Assembly (NCBI GenBank): GCA_964252035.1
Contig: OZ176209.1
Length of the DNA stretch: 64,000 bases
Reading direction: 5' to 3' (one strand)
Source of the DNA: Podarcis erhardii
Lineage: Eukaryota
Of this stretch, positions 28,590-40,333 are shown in pieces. Under the pieces are notes generated by a model. That model had not been told where the DNA came from. It worked only from the letters and a program-made list of their open reading frames with translations, and searched no databases. A program made the position numbers and the translations under genes. Every line of letters starts with the position of its first letter. The stretch's first letter is position 1.

Positions 28590-29292
28590 TCTTTTAAAAT
28601 CCCCTTTGTTTAACAGGCAATATCTGCTGCATGCTATATGTGGCTGCAAGTCCCTCACAGGGCTACAGTATGGGAAGAAAATGGCTGCCCCCATTTAGGC
28701 AGCCATCTTTTTTTCTGTACCATTTCCCTGTGAGGAATGTCACCTCACCACATGCCATCACTCCCCCAGGGGCATTTGGGACAATCATGCACTCTACCCA
28801 CTCCAATAGATTTTGTTTGTTTGTTTGTCAGAGACCATTTTGAAAACTACAAGTAATTTATTTGAAAACACATTTGAAATAATTCACCAGAGGGTGCCGA
28901 ATTTTGGCGTTGCACAGGGCACCACTGAAATTTGAAAACCCAAAGTCTGCCACTGCAAGGACACATTCCAGCCAAGCTCATAATAATAATAATTTATAAT
29001 TTATACCCCGCCCATCTCAAGGAGGGTGTGTTATAGAGGTAGTGAGGGGTGAGGCCTGCGGAGAAGGAAATTACCTTGGAAAAGTCCTGAGAACTGTATA
29101 GAGACATCTGAAGGGTCGCATCAAGCTTCTGGGCCAGAGGTTCCCCTCTCAGCTCCATATGCAGACTAAAACCTCATGGAGCTTGGAGTGAAGACTATAT
29201 CAGGCCATTTTGAAGTAAGTCTTGAAACACCTCACCATTGATACCTACTTCTGAGTGTCACGTTTTATCATGGATTTGCACACTATCTAAAT

Positions 29293-29428
29293 CAGGCATA
29301 GGCAAAATCTGCCCTCCAAATGTTTTGGGACTACAGCTGCCATCATCCCTGACCACTGGTCCTATTAGCTAGGGATGATGGGAGTTGTATTCCCAAAACA
29401 TCTGGAGGGCCGAGTTTGCCTATGCCTG
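29293..29428. mobile_element. Young 136-bp palindromic hAT MITE
   Basis: Perfect 14-bp TIRs CAGGCATAGGCAAA/TTTGCCTATGCCTG; perfect 8-bp TSD ATCTAAAT (29285-29292 and 29429-29436); arms pair over 58 nt with 6 differences. Confidence 0.95.
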
Positions 29429-31561
29429 ATCTAAATGGTTTCTAGACAGGTGTAAAGATTAAGATCTCTCCTTTGATTCACTGACTATCTAGACATTAAC
29501 CTTAAATGTGTTTATGTTAAGAGTTTACATTAACTGGTAAATTGACAGATGCTATCATTTATATACATTATGCAAATTGTTTTGCATAATCTTGCCTTGT
29601 ACACAATTACATAGTATTTGCTGATGAATAAATTGGGTATTTACAAATACAGTAATACAAAAAGCAATCAGAGACTGCAGGCTATGGGCATGATCCAGCC
29701 CCACTTTTAGGGCCAGTTGATTTCAGTGAGAAAATTTAAATTTATCTTTCAATGCCTCACATTTAAATCAGTGTGTCTATAAAGTGCTTAAGTATGACTG
29801 GATCATACTTTGGGAGCACCACCTGCCAGGTAATCTGCACAAACTCTATGACATCGGTGGGAGTTATGTGACTCCATTGCCACTCATTTCAATGGGGCTT
29901 GCGCAAGAAAACCTCTTGGTGAATGGTGCCTGTTATATACTTTATATTGGATTTCAGAAGGAATGTAAGAAGTCTGGAGGATTGTGAAGGTCCACACAGT
30001 AGCTCTCTAGGAATCCAGTATAGGATCAGTGGTTTGCTGCCTGCTTCAGGAGTTACTTTGCTTCATCGAATACTTGTGTATACTTGAGCTATTGTGAAGC
30101 CACCATATGACCCTGCTCCTCTTTCATCTAAAGAAAATGAATCCTTTAAGCTCTGTCCCTGGACTGATGACTGCTCAGGGACATTCCTGGCTCAGGGTGC
30201 CTTACTTATGCCTGGTCCAAACCAATAAGTCTTTATCAGAGGGCCCAAGGATACTTCACTCGGACTGACTGCTAGTAATTCTCCTTTCTTTCCACCATCC
30301 CAGTCACTTATACTGGGCCTTTTCCCAAGCTTAGGCAGATAGGCTTCCTGGTCTGAAGTGCCTTCATAATTCATGGGCTTCTGGATCACTCCTTCTCTTG
30401 GATCGTGACCCTGGAGTACAACAGCTGTAAGGGCCTGAGCTTTCATGCTATAATACAGTTGGCAAGGGATTTCTCCTCATCCATGGCTACAGCTTGCAGT
30501 CAGTCATCCTCCAAGCCACCTTGCATGTTCCCTTGCATTTTTTACATATTCTCTACCACTTTCCCCTGACTGCAGGCCTCAGCTACTCTACCTTTGTACC
30601 ATGATCTCCAGTTCTTTTTCAGTTCATAGGACTCTCCCCTAGCTTTTCATTTGGATCACTGCTGGAAACACCCAAGACAGACAAGAGTCTGTTGTTTCTC
30701 AGCTGCTAACCCTTCAACACATTCAGAATTGATAAGGAACTCCTTAGCTATCCACATGGCAGCTCTTCTGTTGGGTCTCTGGGCCTGTCTTGACTTCCTT
30801 GTAGCTGACGATCCAGTAAAGCTCTTACCTGTTGATATGCCACCTCCGGACTCTTGTTTGGAGTTGCTGTAATTTCTGCTGCTCTCTTTTTTTGACTCAC
30901 GCCAACTCACAGTTTCCCTCCAAGGTGGGTGGGTAATTTCCTTCTTTGTGACCAATCTTAAGTGCTCTCCTCTTCCTCAAGCAGCGGGAAGCAAAGGGAT
31001 AGCATCCCTCTATTTCGTTTTCTTTGGAGAAAGATCATGGTATTCTTAAGGTATCTTTGGTAAACTGCTTGTTTAACATACAAACAGCAAGCAGGCTGTT
31101 ATAAAATAGGTAGCACAGCCACTAAGCCCTAGATTAGATTCCCAGAGCACAAAACTGTGGACCTACACAACCCTCTGAGTTGCCTTGAATTCTACTACCT
31201 TGCAGCTGAAACTCTCTAGTTCATGCTGTCTTTACCCCCACAGTCAAACTGCCAACACACTCATGTGGAGCTTTGTCTCCCTACCTGCAATCTTTCCTTT
31301 CGTTGTTCTTTTTTTTGTTATCCTCAACAATACAGTCAATGAATAAAAACGGCATAAGAAAAAAGACAGCTTAGCAATGGCTGATAGTAATTTGTAGTGC
31401 AGTCTCATACGATTAAAGTAAATACAATCAAAACAAGCCTAAAAGGGGGGAGGGACTTTGGTCAGGGAGGAAGGGAAAAAAGGCAGGGGCAGGGATATGC
31501 TCCAGCAGAGTCTGCTGGGCATGTACTTCATGCAGACAATCCCACAGAGAGAACACCTGTG

Positions 31562-31838
31562 CAGAGGTGTAGTGTGGGGGAAGGGCAGGGGGGAACATGG
31601 CCCCGGGTGCACATCTTTGAAGGGATGCAATCAGGTGCCCGCACGACAGGCATGGAGTCTTGGCAGCTGAGGCATGGCAGCAGGTGGCTTGGTCTAGTGG
31701 GCAGGTGGAGGAAGCAGTGGGTGAGGGGCCTGTTGGAGGTGGGCTCCGTTCACCCTTGGCGTGGGCTTTGCATCCCTCTCGCATGTGCCCCCACCCCTGC
31801 TGACGCCCTGATTGTCAGCAACCCATGTTACACCACTG
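31562..31838. mobile_element. Older hAT-type non-autonomous element
   Basis: Ends CAGAGGTGTAGTGTGGG...CCCATGTTACACCACTG are CpG-decayed versions of the TIR of the 40784-40941 element; flanks CACCTGTG/CCCCAGTG (6/8). Confidence 0.7.
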
Positions 31839-34052
31839 CCCCAGTGTTCTAGTGCTAATTTCCGTTGTGCTGTCTGCTGAAGGTGACTTCTCCTATGGTG
31901 TAAGGGTACATGAGTCTTCTGACCACTGAGCAATGGGAGGGGGAGTTTACAGGGGACATACATTCCTTCCAGTGCTGTAGCACCATCCTTTTGCCCATCA
32001 AGAAGGCACACAACGTGCTATTATGTTGTCTGTCCATCGAAGTCCCTCAGCATTGGAATATAACCAGTACAATGTGAGCATCCAAGAGTTTTAAGTTCCA
32101 TCCTGCTGGTGAATTGCCTAGCCATGAGCTGATCAGCCCTGACTTACCTTCACGCAATCAGCTAAACATGGGTCACTGAGGGTCAAAGCAGTAGGGATGG
32201 GTCAAAAGGAAATGGCCACAAGCCAGTGTGGTGAGGCCTGTGCAAGCCTCTTTATTTCAGTAGGTTTGTGAATGCATAACGCTGAGCTGGATTAGGACCA
32301 GAGTGTGTGCAATTTGCACACATGATGTCGGTGTAGCATGCTTGAGAGTCTAGCTAGTCCTTGAGTGTGAGAATCTCCCTTACTTTATACTGTGTTTTCT
32401 TTGCCGGTTGGGTTGGAACAAGAAGTGCCAGTACCTAAATAAGCCTGCAAACAAAACCTCTGCTTATAGACATTTCTTATCCCTGTAAGCTCCAGAAATC
32501 CTGCAAAGAAAGCAGAATTCTTGGGAGATTTCTCAACTTGATATCAAGAGGTTTGGATAAGCTCTGCTTCTGTGGCTAAGCTTCCAGGGGGGCTCTTCTG
32601 TATGGGATCTTCAGATTTGATTTCCCCCCAGCCACTGGCTTGTATTGTCTTCCCCATGGGGTAAGGTGTTCTCTCTGAATACTACTACAACACTGACTGC
32701 ATATTTTCTCCTCCCCATCGCAAAAGAAGCAAACTGTGTTATTTACAAAGGTGTGCTTGTGACAGTAAGACTTAATTCAATTTCATAATCATATGCTTCA
32801 TTCTCTCAACATGGTCACCGGACTCTAGTCCTAAAGATACGGGCCTTGAGGAATATCCAGCTGTATCAGGGTAGGACTTTACCGGCTTTAAAAGTTGCTT
32901 TTATGTGATTAATTGGCTTGGCCTTTTGATGCAAATGGTGTAGGATGGCTGAACAATTCCAAAAAGAACAAGGACTGGTTACCATTCCTATCATTTCTGT
33001 TAGTGCAGTTGAGGGACTTCGTTACAATATGTAGGAAAGCATGCAGTTAGCTTTCTTTGGGAGTGGAATAGGCCTCAGTGATGAAGATATAATGGAAAGA
33101 TGTGTTGTTTATTAGAAGAAAAGCTTTTTCCCACTTGTAACTGACCTGCCATGTATACCTCTATTTAGATTCAAAAGAAAAGTCTCAGCAGCACACTATG
33201 TTCAAAATAAATTTCCTTCTCTCAACCTCATTTGGATGACCTCATCTGCAAACATCCAACAAGGAACCTGTAATTCTTGCTTTATGTCCTTTATCTGGTA
33301 TAGTTCTTCCTCAGTATCAGCTCGGTTGATCAGTTTCAGTGGGAGATCTCAAAGGCAAGTGGCTGAAATCCAGTCAGTATTCTGCAAGTGAATTTAACAA
33401 CTTGTTTGAGTAAGAAAAATCATTTTGTTGTCTAGATCCATCAGTACTTTGACGGTGGCAGGGGGCATTCTGGTTTCAAAGCCAACATATTGACTTTGGG
33501 GGTTAATATTTCAGACACTTGAGGACTTTTTTTTTTTTTATAAGTATCAATATTTGGATTTGTTTCTCTTGTTTTTCAATACTGTGGAATGGTACAGGTT
33601 AAGTAATGCCATAACTGCACCCCAAATCCAGATGGTGTTGAAATGACTACATATATATATATATTCACAACATTTTATTTTTCTGAGTTGTTTAGATATT
33701 TTTAAATATCTGAAAGTTTTTTCTATCTGTTGGGTATAAATAACTTAATAATATTTCACATGACATTTGTATTGAAAAGCTCCAGTTGACCTGTGGATTG
33801 CATTCCAAAGCATTAATAGCATAGAAATGTATTTAAAAGAACTTGTTGGATGATTTACAAAATGGAGTTTACACTGCAGTATGTATGAGTAAATGGTGAT
33901 GGAAAATGCACAGAATGGATGTTTCCACGCTGTGTTTTTAGTTTCTCAGGCCAGGAGCATCCCTTTTACAGCCATCCATTCGCACAATTTTAGTGGTTAA
34001 TGTGAAAGTTACAACTTAACTTTTTATCATTTCCAAACGCATGGAAAGTATA

Positions 34053-34079
34053 GTGTGTGTGTGTGTGTGCGCGCGCGCA
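34053..34079. repeat. (GT)n(GC)n alternating purine-pyrimidine tract
   Basis: Direct reading: GTGTGTGTGTGTGTGTGCGCGCGCGCA. Confidence 0.95.
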
Positions 34080-35538
34080 GTAGAATTTATTTATTTCTTT
34101 GTTTTAAATTGGTTTGCCTTTGGTTCCGTTTACATGGCATGTGCAGCGGAATGAGGTGAAATGCTTGCAACTCCACCTGTGCAGTTTCCTCTTCCATTTC
34201 ATCATGCAAACCATCTAATGTGATGAAGAGAATGTTCCAAATAGAAGAGATTGGTGGAGAACAGAGAGGCACCCTTCCAGGCCGAGATTCCCAAATATTG
34301 GGTATGAACCTGCCTTTGACCCAAATGAGGTGGCTGCTCTTGGGTGTTGTGAGGAAATCAGCACAACTGAATGTAGAGCAGTGACGATGTTCCACGGATA
34401 TCTCCTATTAGTAATACGTTTGGGAATCCCTGGCACAGGAGACTGGGTGCCTTTCGTGGAGATTATTAACACATAGCATTTTCTTCCTTCATCTCCTGCT
34501 GTTTGCTGAGCTTTTGAAATTAAGTTAAGGCTGCCAGCCATCAACCTTGAGGTGATGCCTTTCCTTTTAAAATGACAAGGCACCATGAACAGATGCTGCA
34601 GCTAAGCTTCTGCCCCTTTCCTCCACCCATCACTCCAGCCTCCCTCCTCTCCTGGTTGCAGTAGAGCCAAATTTAAGACTTACATTTTAAGTCATGCTTG
34701 GTGCAGGTGGTGGTGGAGGGGAAGGGTGGGGGCAAAGGGACTCACAGAAGAATGGTGTTGGTGCCACAATGGCTGCCTATTTTTTTCACTTCCTTGGAGC
34801 TTTCCAAGTGGTAGGTGTGGTCTCCGGGTTGATGGGCGACACTCCTAAATTTAATGCCTGAGCCAAATGAGATGGGGTGGATGGGGCCTGGGGTGGTTTT
34901 GATTTAAACTTTTCTCTCTTGGTTGGGTTCTCTGGACTCCTAGTTAGTTTAGGGCATGACATTCTTTGTGGGCAGGAGCTGAGGTAGGGAGGGTTGAGAG
35001 TCAGGGAAAGGGTTTACTAGCTTAGTGTCCAATCACAGCTTTGTTACCAAATGGCCATGTTGGCCCAGATTATTTTCAAAATGGCTGCTGGTGCTATTTC
35101 AGCATATATCAAGGGAACACTGCTATGGATCCTAGTTGGGGGTGGGGCAGGAGGACAAAGCATTCTGAATGCAAGCTTGACGACACAAAGGCATCCAGTG
35201 TGGGGTTCAGGCAGAGACTTGGAAATGCAATTTCCTCACACAACTAAAACAGGGGAAGGAGACATCATTATTACTTTCCCAGCGTAGCGCCTTCCCAAGG
35301 GAAAGCGCCGTCGAACTCAGGCTTGCCTCGTCTCTCTGAGGCCCAAATCCCACTACCCCCACCAATCACTACTCTTCTTTCTCCCAATCCTCCTGTCCCC
35401 AACACCTCCCCCTCTCCAATTCTTTTTTCTGTAAATAGCTATTTCTGATTTCGGACAAGCAGGGATCGATAGATTCTGGAGGGGGGAGGACAATTGTTTT
35501 ACTTTTTCCCTTTCTCTTAATGATTTTTGGTGTTTGAA

Positions 35539-35671
35539 NNNNNNNNNNNNNNNNNNNNNNNNNNNNNNNNNNNNNNNNNNNNNNNNNNNNNNNNNNNNNN
35601 NNNNNNNNNNNNNNNNNNNNNNNNNNNNNNNNNNNNNNNNNNNNNNNNNNNNNNNNNNNNNNNNNNNNNNN
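35539..35671. other. Run of 133 N (gap or masked sequence)
   Basis: N from 35539 to 35671, about 290 bp upstream of the candidate AATAAA. Confidence 0.99.
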
Positions 35672-35881
35672 AAAAGAAAGTCGTTGATTTCCCCCCATTG
35701 ATTTATCTTGTTTCTCACTGGGAGTTGTTTTGGGAGCAGATGGTTTTTTGGGGGGTGGGTGGGTGAAATGTATAGATTTTCAGTACAGCATTGCTCAAAC
35801 AATGCAGGGAAAAAAACTTTAAAAGAAAGGGGGGAAGGAACAACAACAACAAAAATAAAACAATATGAGAAAACTTTGTGA

Positions 35882-36072
35882 TGTACAGAATCTGTAAATA
35901 GTCAAAGATTCTTTCTCTTTTCTAACAGCAAATTATTTCTGTCACTTTATATTCAAAAATAAAGAAACCTACCACAAAATATCAGGGTAAAAAAAACAAA
36001 AAACCACAAAGCCCAAGAATCAGAGTCTTTTCTTGCATGTGGTGACGAGTGCCAAAGTGTGTTGTTTGGTGG
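35882..36072 (+). promoter_or_regulatory. Candidate distal cleavage/polyadenylation module
   Basis: TGTA at 35882 and 35893, AATAAA at 35958-35963, CA at 35983-35984, downstream T/GT-rich tract 36025-36072 (GTGTGTTGTTTGGTGG at 36057-36072). Confidence 0.6.
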
Positions 36073-38279
36073 AAATGATTTAAAAGCCTGAAGCACCGGA
36101 AGTTGTGTGAGAGGATGGATATTCTGTGTGACTCAAAACATGATAACCTGAATCTTTAAATTGTTCTATAAATGTTTGTAGGGATATGGAAAGCCATCTC
36201 TCTCACCTCCCCTTTCAAAATATGGAGGAAGTTACGGGAAGCTATCTGTCATGGTTTCGAAATTAATGTTGCAGTGTGTGTAGATGGAAAGAGGCTATTT
36301 AAATAAATTTCACATTGTCTCCCTCTTCAGCCTTTCACAGATTGATGAGGGAAAAGATCAGCAAGTTCAGACTCCATTCACCAAGGCAGAATTCCCCACA
36401 ATCCCCTCCCTTGCCCTGAAGAGCTCTATAATCCAGTGCCCAGCTTCTGCGGGACCTGCTTCAGGCAGCAATCGGATGGCCAGAAGTGTGTATTGCAACA
36501 CAAACAGAATGCACTGTCTCTCAGCAGGGGTGCCTGTTACAGACACTGCACATGCCCTCAGGCGTAGCTGGAGCATTGCTTCCAAAATCCAAAGAGCAAC
36601 TCAACGTGAACATCTAAATGCATAAATATCAATTAAATAGAAACCTGAATAATTAAGCACATGGCATCTACACCTTGAAAGCTCCACCCTTTCTTAGGAG
36701 TGATGCTGTCGGCCAACTTTTCACTATACCCTGATTAAAATTGGGTAGGGCTTCCTCCTGAGGCCAGATTCTAGCCTACTGTTCTCCAACTGCCTATTAT
36801 CTGATCTAGATCACAGTAGAGGGGCTGTTAGCCTATTACATTTAGCAAGTGTACTATTTGTGTGCACAAATAGTTGAGCTGTAAACCCGTACTGTTATTC
36901 ACAGGTAACGTTCACTGAGTGTGCAATTTGTTAACCTGTGTAAACAAATAGCTGAGCTGTGCAAATCAACAGGTGTACACTCTGTCACACAAACACTTGC
37001 CCAGATTGCACCTCTGTTTGGTGTAATGTGTGAACTATCCTTATGCCACGATGAACAGAAACCAGGAAGAAATGCTTCCTGATTATTAAAGGAAGAACAA
37101 ACAAACAAACAAGCACCCTCTATTCTTAACAAATTAAAAGAGAAGAGGAAAGAAAATGACACACTCCTTCCCCCAGAAGATCATTTTTAAATACAAAAAA
37201 ATTATAACACAGATCTTATAGGACCATGTCTGTAAAACTAAGCATTGGAAAGATGTGTTCTCTATTTCAATTTTTTTTTATGAAATAGCCACATTTCTAT
37301 CACTCACATAAAATACCTGTTGGCTATGTTAGTCTGCCACAGGTTCAAGAGGAAGGAAGAATCCCAATCACACAAAAAGCTTTCACATTTGAAAAGGCCA
37401 TACATGCCCATTCTCATTTTGTGGCACCCTCTTTTTCAGTGTTTGAAATGGGGAATGAAAGGTGTGTGTGTGTGTGTGTGTGTAAGAATGAGTTTAAAGA
37501 TACGTGTGTCTGGAGAATGAGGATTATGTGTGTGGGCTGGTTGCTCCGGGTAAGTGAATGTTGGATGTGAGAATGAGTAGGGAAAAAAACTACTGTCTGC
37601 AGTTATTATTTAAATTGGTGTGGATGTATATTCTATAAACAAGTGTAAGTATTATTATTTTTTAAAGTCAGGTCAATGAGGCAGGTGGTTAACCATCGGT
37701 ACCCTCACCTGCCAACTTAGTTGCCATTTTAAAGTAGAGGTTGGCTTTTGCAACTGTGGGAACGTATTTTGTTTGCCTTCACTATGAATGATGCCTTCAA
37801 AGCATCACAGAATTGTCCATGTTTTCCTAAACAAGCTGAACCAACCATTCCTCTGGGGTTGCTGTGTGTTTCCCAAGTACTTAGGAAATGGAGGTCGGAG
37901 GCTGATCACCACTTCCCCATGAAGCAATGTACCATGTCTGAAGAGGATTTTGTCAGGCCCCCTCCCCAATTCCCTGGATTTGGATGTATGGTACAATTTT
38001 CATCATTACTTGTCAGGATTATGCAGCTGAGAAACTTACTATGTGGTCATATGTATGCAGTGAGGAAGGGTCCCAGTAGGCCCACACAGGTTTAATGCAT
38101 GGGGGGCAAACATTGCAACATGCCTTCTGTCACCAGTTATTCCAAAGGAAACAAATCACTGTTGGTGTGGTTGACTGGCATAAGAAAGTGCACTATGTGC
38201 ACTCTCATGTCCATGCATAATGCTCTACCACTGAGATGGTATCTGGCCCAATCACTACTTGCATGGATCTTGATATGGG

Positions 38280-38550
38280 TATATCTGTACATGCATATAA
38301 AAATGAATACATGAATGAAAATAGCATACAAAATGCATTTTATTGGGGGAAATTGCCAAAATGTGTACAGGAGTCAAAGCTGCATATGAAAATGTGTTTA
38401 TTGGGATTAATTCACACTAAAATGCTGGTGAATTTTCAAGAGGATATTATTCACAAGTTGCTGGAGAAATGTGGAGAACTGAATTTAAGATTGGAAAAGG
38501 GAGAAACGGAGAGAATCAAAATGGACAGTTCCTCCCATTCTGATCTGTAT
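38280..38550. mobile_element. Probable old lizard interspersed repeat (DNA-transposon-like)
   Basis: AT-rich segment with GAAATGTGGAGAACTGAATTTAAGATTGGAAAA, recalled as a common lacertid repeat motif; no TSD found; boundaries approximate. Confidence 0.35.
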
Positions 38551-39488
38551 AGCAGGATTCTCAATTGCTATTGATTACTCGGAGCAACAGCTGCAGCAAA
38601 TTCTTCTAAGGGTGCATTCACACATCACTTCTTTGTCCTGGATACTCTTAAACTGGTTCTGTGTGTCAATCCCTAGGTTTCTACTTACTTGGAAGAAGGT
38701 CCAATAAATCACAAGGCCCAAAGTCTCCACCCTTTGGATGGGGAGAATACTAGAAATTGAATCACAGTTATAACATTTGCCCAGCAGTTGCCCTCCATGA
38801 ATGTCATCATATGTTGCCCTGTGATGTCTCTCCTGAGAGTTTTTCTGGGCTTGTGGCTGCTTCTTGGTTTTTCTTGTTTGCTTCTTAGTTCTGCTTATAC
38901 TCTGGTGACATGGTTAGAAATCCTCATACTTACTTCTTGCAGGCAGCCAGGTGCAGCCCGTATTGCAAGCATGGGATGAACTAAAAACCCCTTCCCCAAG
39001 ACATCCACAGATGTTACACCCAGAGAGGTAGGAGCAAACATTGCATAGGGGCAAATATTCCGATGTGCTCTGTCCTGGGCTATGGATCCCCAAAAGAGAG
39101 CAAAATTATAAAAAAGCAGGATTCTTTATATATTATACTTATTACACAACTGTGCATGTTTCCTACTTTCCCATAATTTATGCAGCTCCTGCCAATCATT
39201 GGAAGGAGGCAAAGTATAACATGTGCTTTGCCTGATCCCCTCTTGAAACCTTCTTCAGACTTCCCTGCTATGCTTCTGAGATTTCAGTAGGCACTTCCCA
39301 CACTTTTTCCAACCTTAAGGGCTAGAAAGTTTTGTTTTGTTTTTTTAAGAAAGGAAGAGAAAGGAAGCCAAGGTTCTTATACAATCGTAACTTCTGTACC
39401 CATTATCAAACTTTGCACTTCCACCGTGTGGGACTGCAGAAATGTGGAACACCTGGCATATACATTGCCGTGGGATTGTGTTTCCCTC

Positions 39489-39614
39489 CATTGCTATTTT
39501 TCTAGAAAAAGAGGTACCAGAACTCAGCATGAACACCTCCCTTGTTCTCTTAGAATGGCAATGGTACCCCACCTGAGAGGTGCTGGAACTGAGTTCTGGC
39601 TGAAAAAAAGCCTG
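39489..39614. mobile_element. Second copy of the hAT-type element at 5612-5748
   Basis: Direct within-window similarity to 5612-5748. The right end GAAAAAAAGCCTGCAAAG (39602-39619) is tandemly duplicated (39620-39637). No TSD seen. Confidence 0.8.
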
Positions 39615-40333
39615 CAAAGGAAAAAAAGCCCGCAAAGAAAGGCAAAAAGAACCAAAGCTAAAACCAAATGAGCTATCTAGAGATATATCCACAAGAAGGA
39701 ACATTAATCCCAAAGCACAAAAGGGAAGGGAGAGGGAGAGAACCACGCCACCCTTAAAGACACCGCGAGGGGTGTTTGTTGCTGTTTTGCATCCATTCTC
39801 TGTGTGCATCACGCCACTCACACTGATTCCGGGGTTCCCCTGGTCTGCTACATATCAGCACAGACAATGAAGAGGTACTGTGTACAGTGCAAGAATTGAA
39901 CTAGTGCACCAGAGCATGGGAGGCAGGTGGCACGTTCTTAGTGTCTGGCTGGAGGGGAGGTGCAGAGATTGGGCCTAAACACAGATACCCAGCTTCATCC
40001 AGGGCATCTTGATAAAAGAAAGCCCCTTCCACCCCATCCCACAACCATCCATAGTAAATAGGACAGCCTCACAAGGAATTGCATTTCAGGGAACAGCAGC
40101 GAGCAGTATTTCATCTGCAAACGTACTATGCCACTTTCCGAGAAGGAGAAGGAAAAGAAAATGGGATGTGTTTGCAGAACAACGAAGAATGATTCTCTAC
40201 ACTGACATAAGTGGATAAGCCACTGTTGATTGCCTGACTGTTGGTGACAGAGCTCAATTGCAAACATCTGTGCAGGACTCAAAAGGAAGCTGAAGAAGGA
40301 AGTGCAGGTAAGTTTCACTCTCTGGTTCCCTAT

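Larger units (their letters stand above)
10350..35984 (+). other. GRIN2B: Putative ultra-long GRIN2B 3' UTR
   Basis: Follows the stop codon. No credible ORF or exon; few young retroelements; sense-strand TGTAHATA, GTGCCTT and G-tract motifs; ends in a canonical poly(A) module. Length resembles the very long mammalian GRIN2B 3' UTR (recalled, not computed). Confidence 0.6.

Noticed and set aside
32304-32322. 19-bp palindrome TGTGTGCAA-T-TTGCACACA
   Set aside because: Short, partly (TG)n-driven, one-base loop; plausible by chance in 64 kb.
39599-39661. Lys-rich frame AEKKPAKEKKPAKKGKKNQS resembling a histone H1 tail
   Set aside because: Produced by the A-rich end of the hAT element plus an 18-bp tandem duplication; no globular domain or start context.
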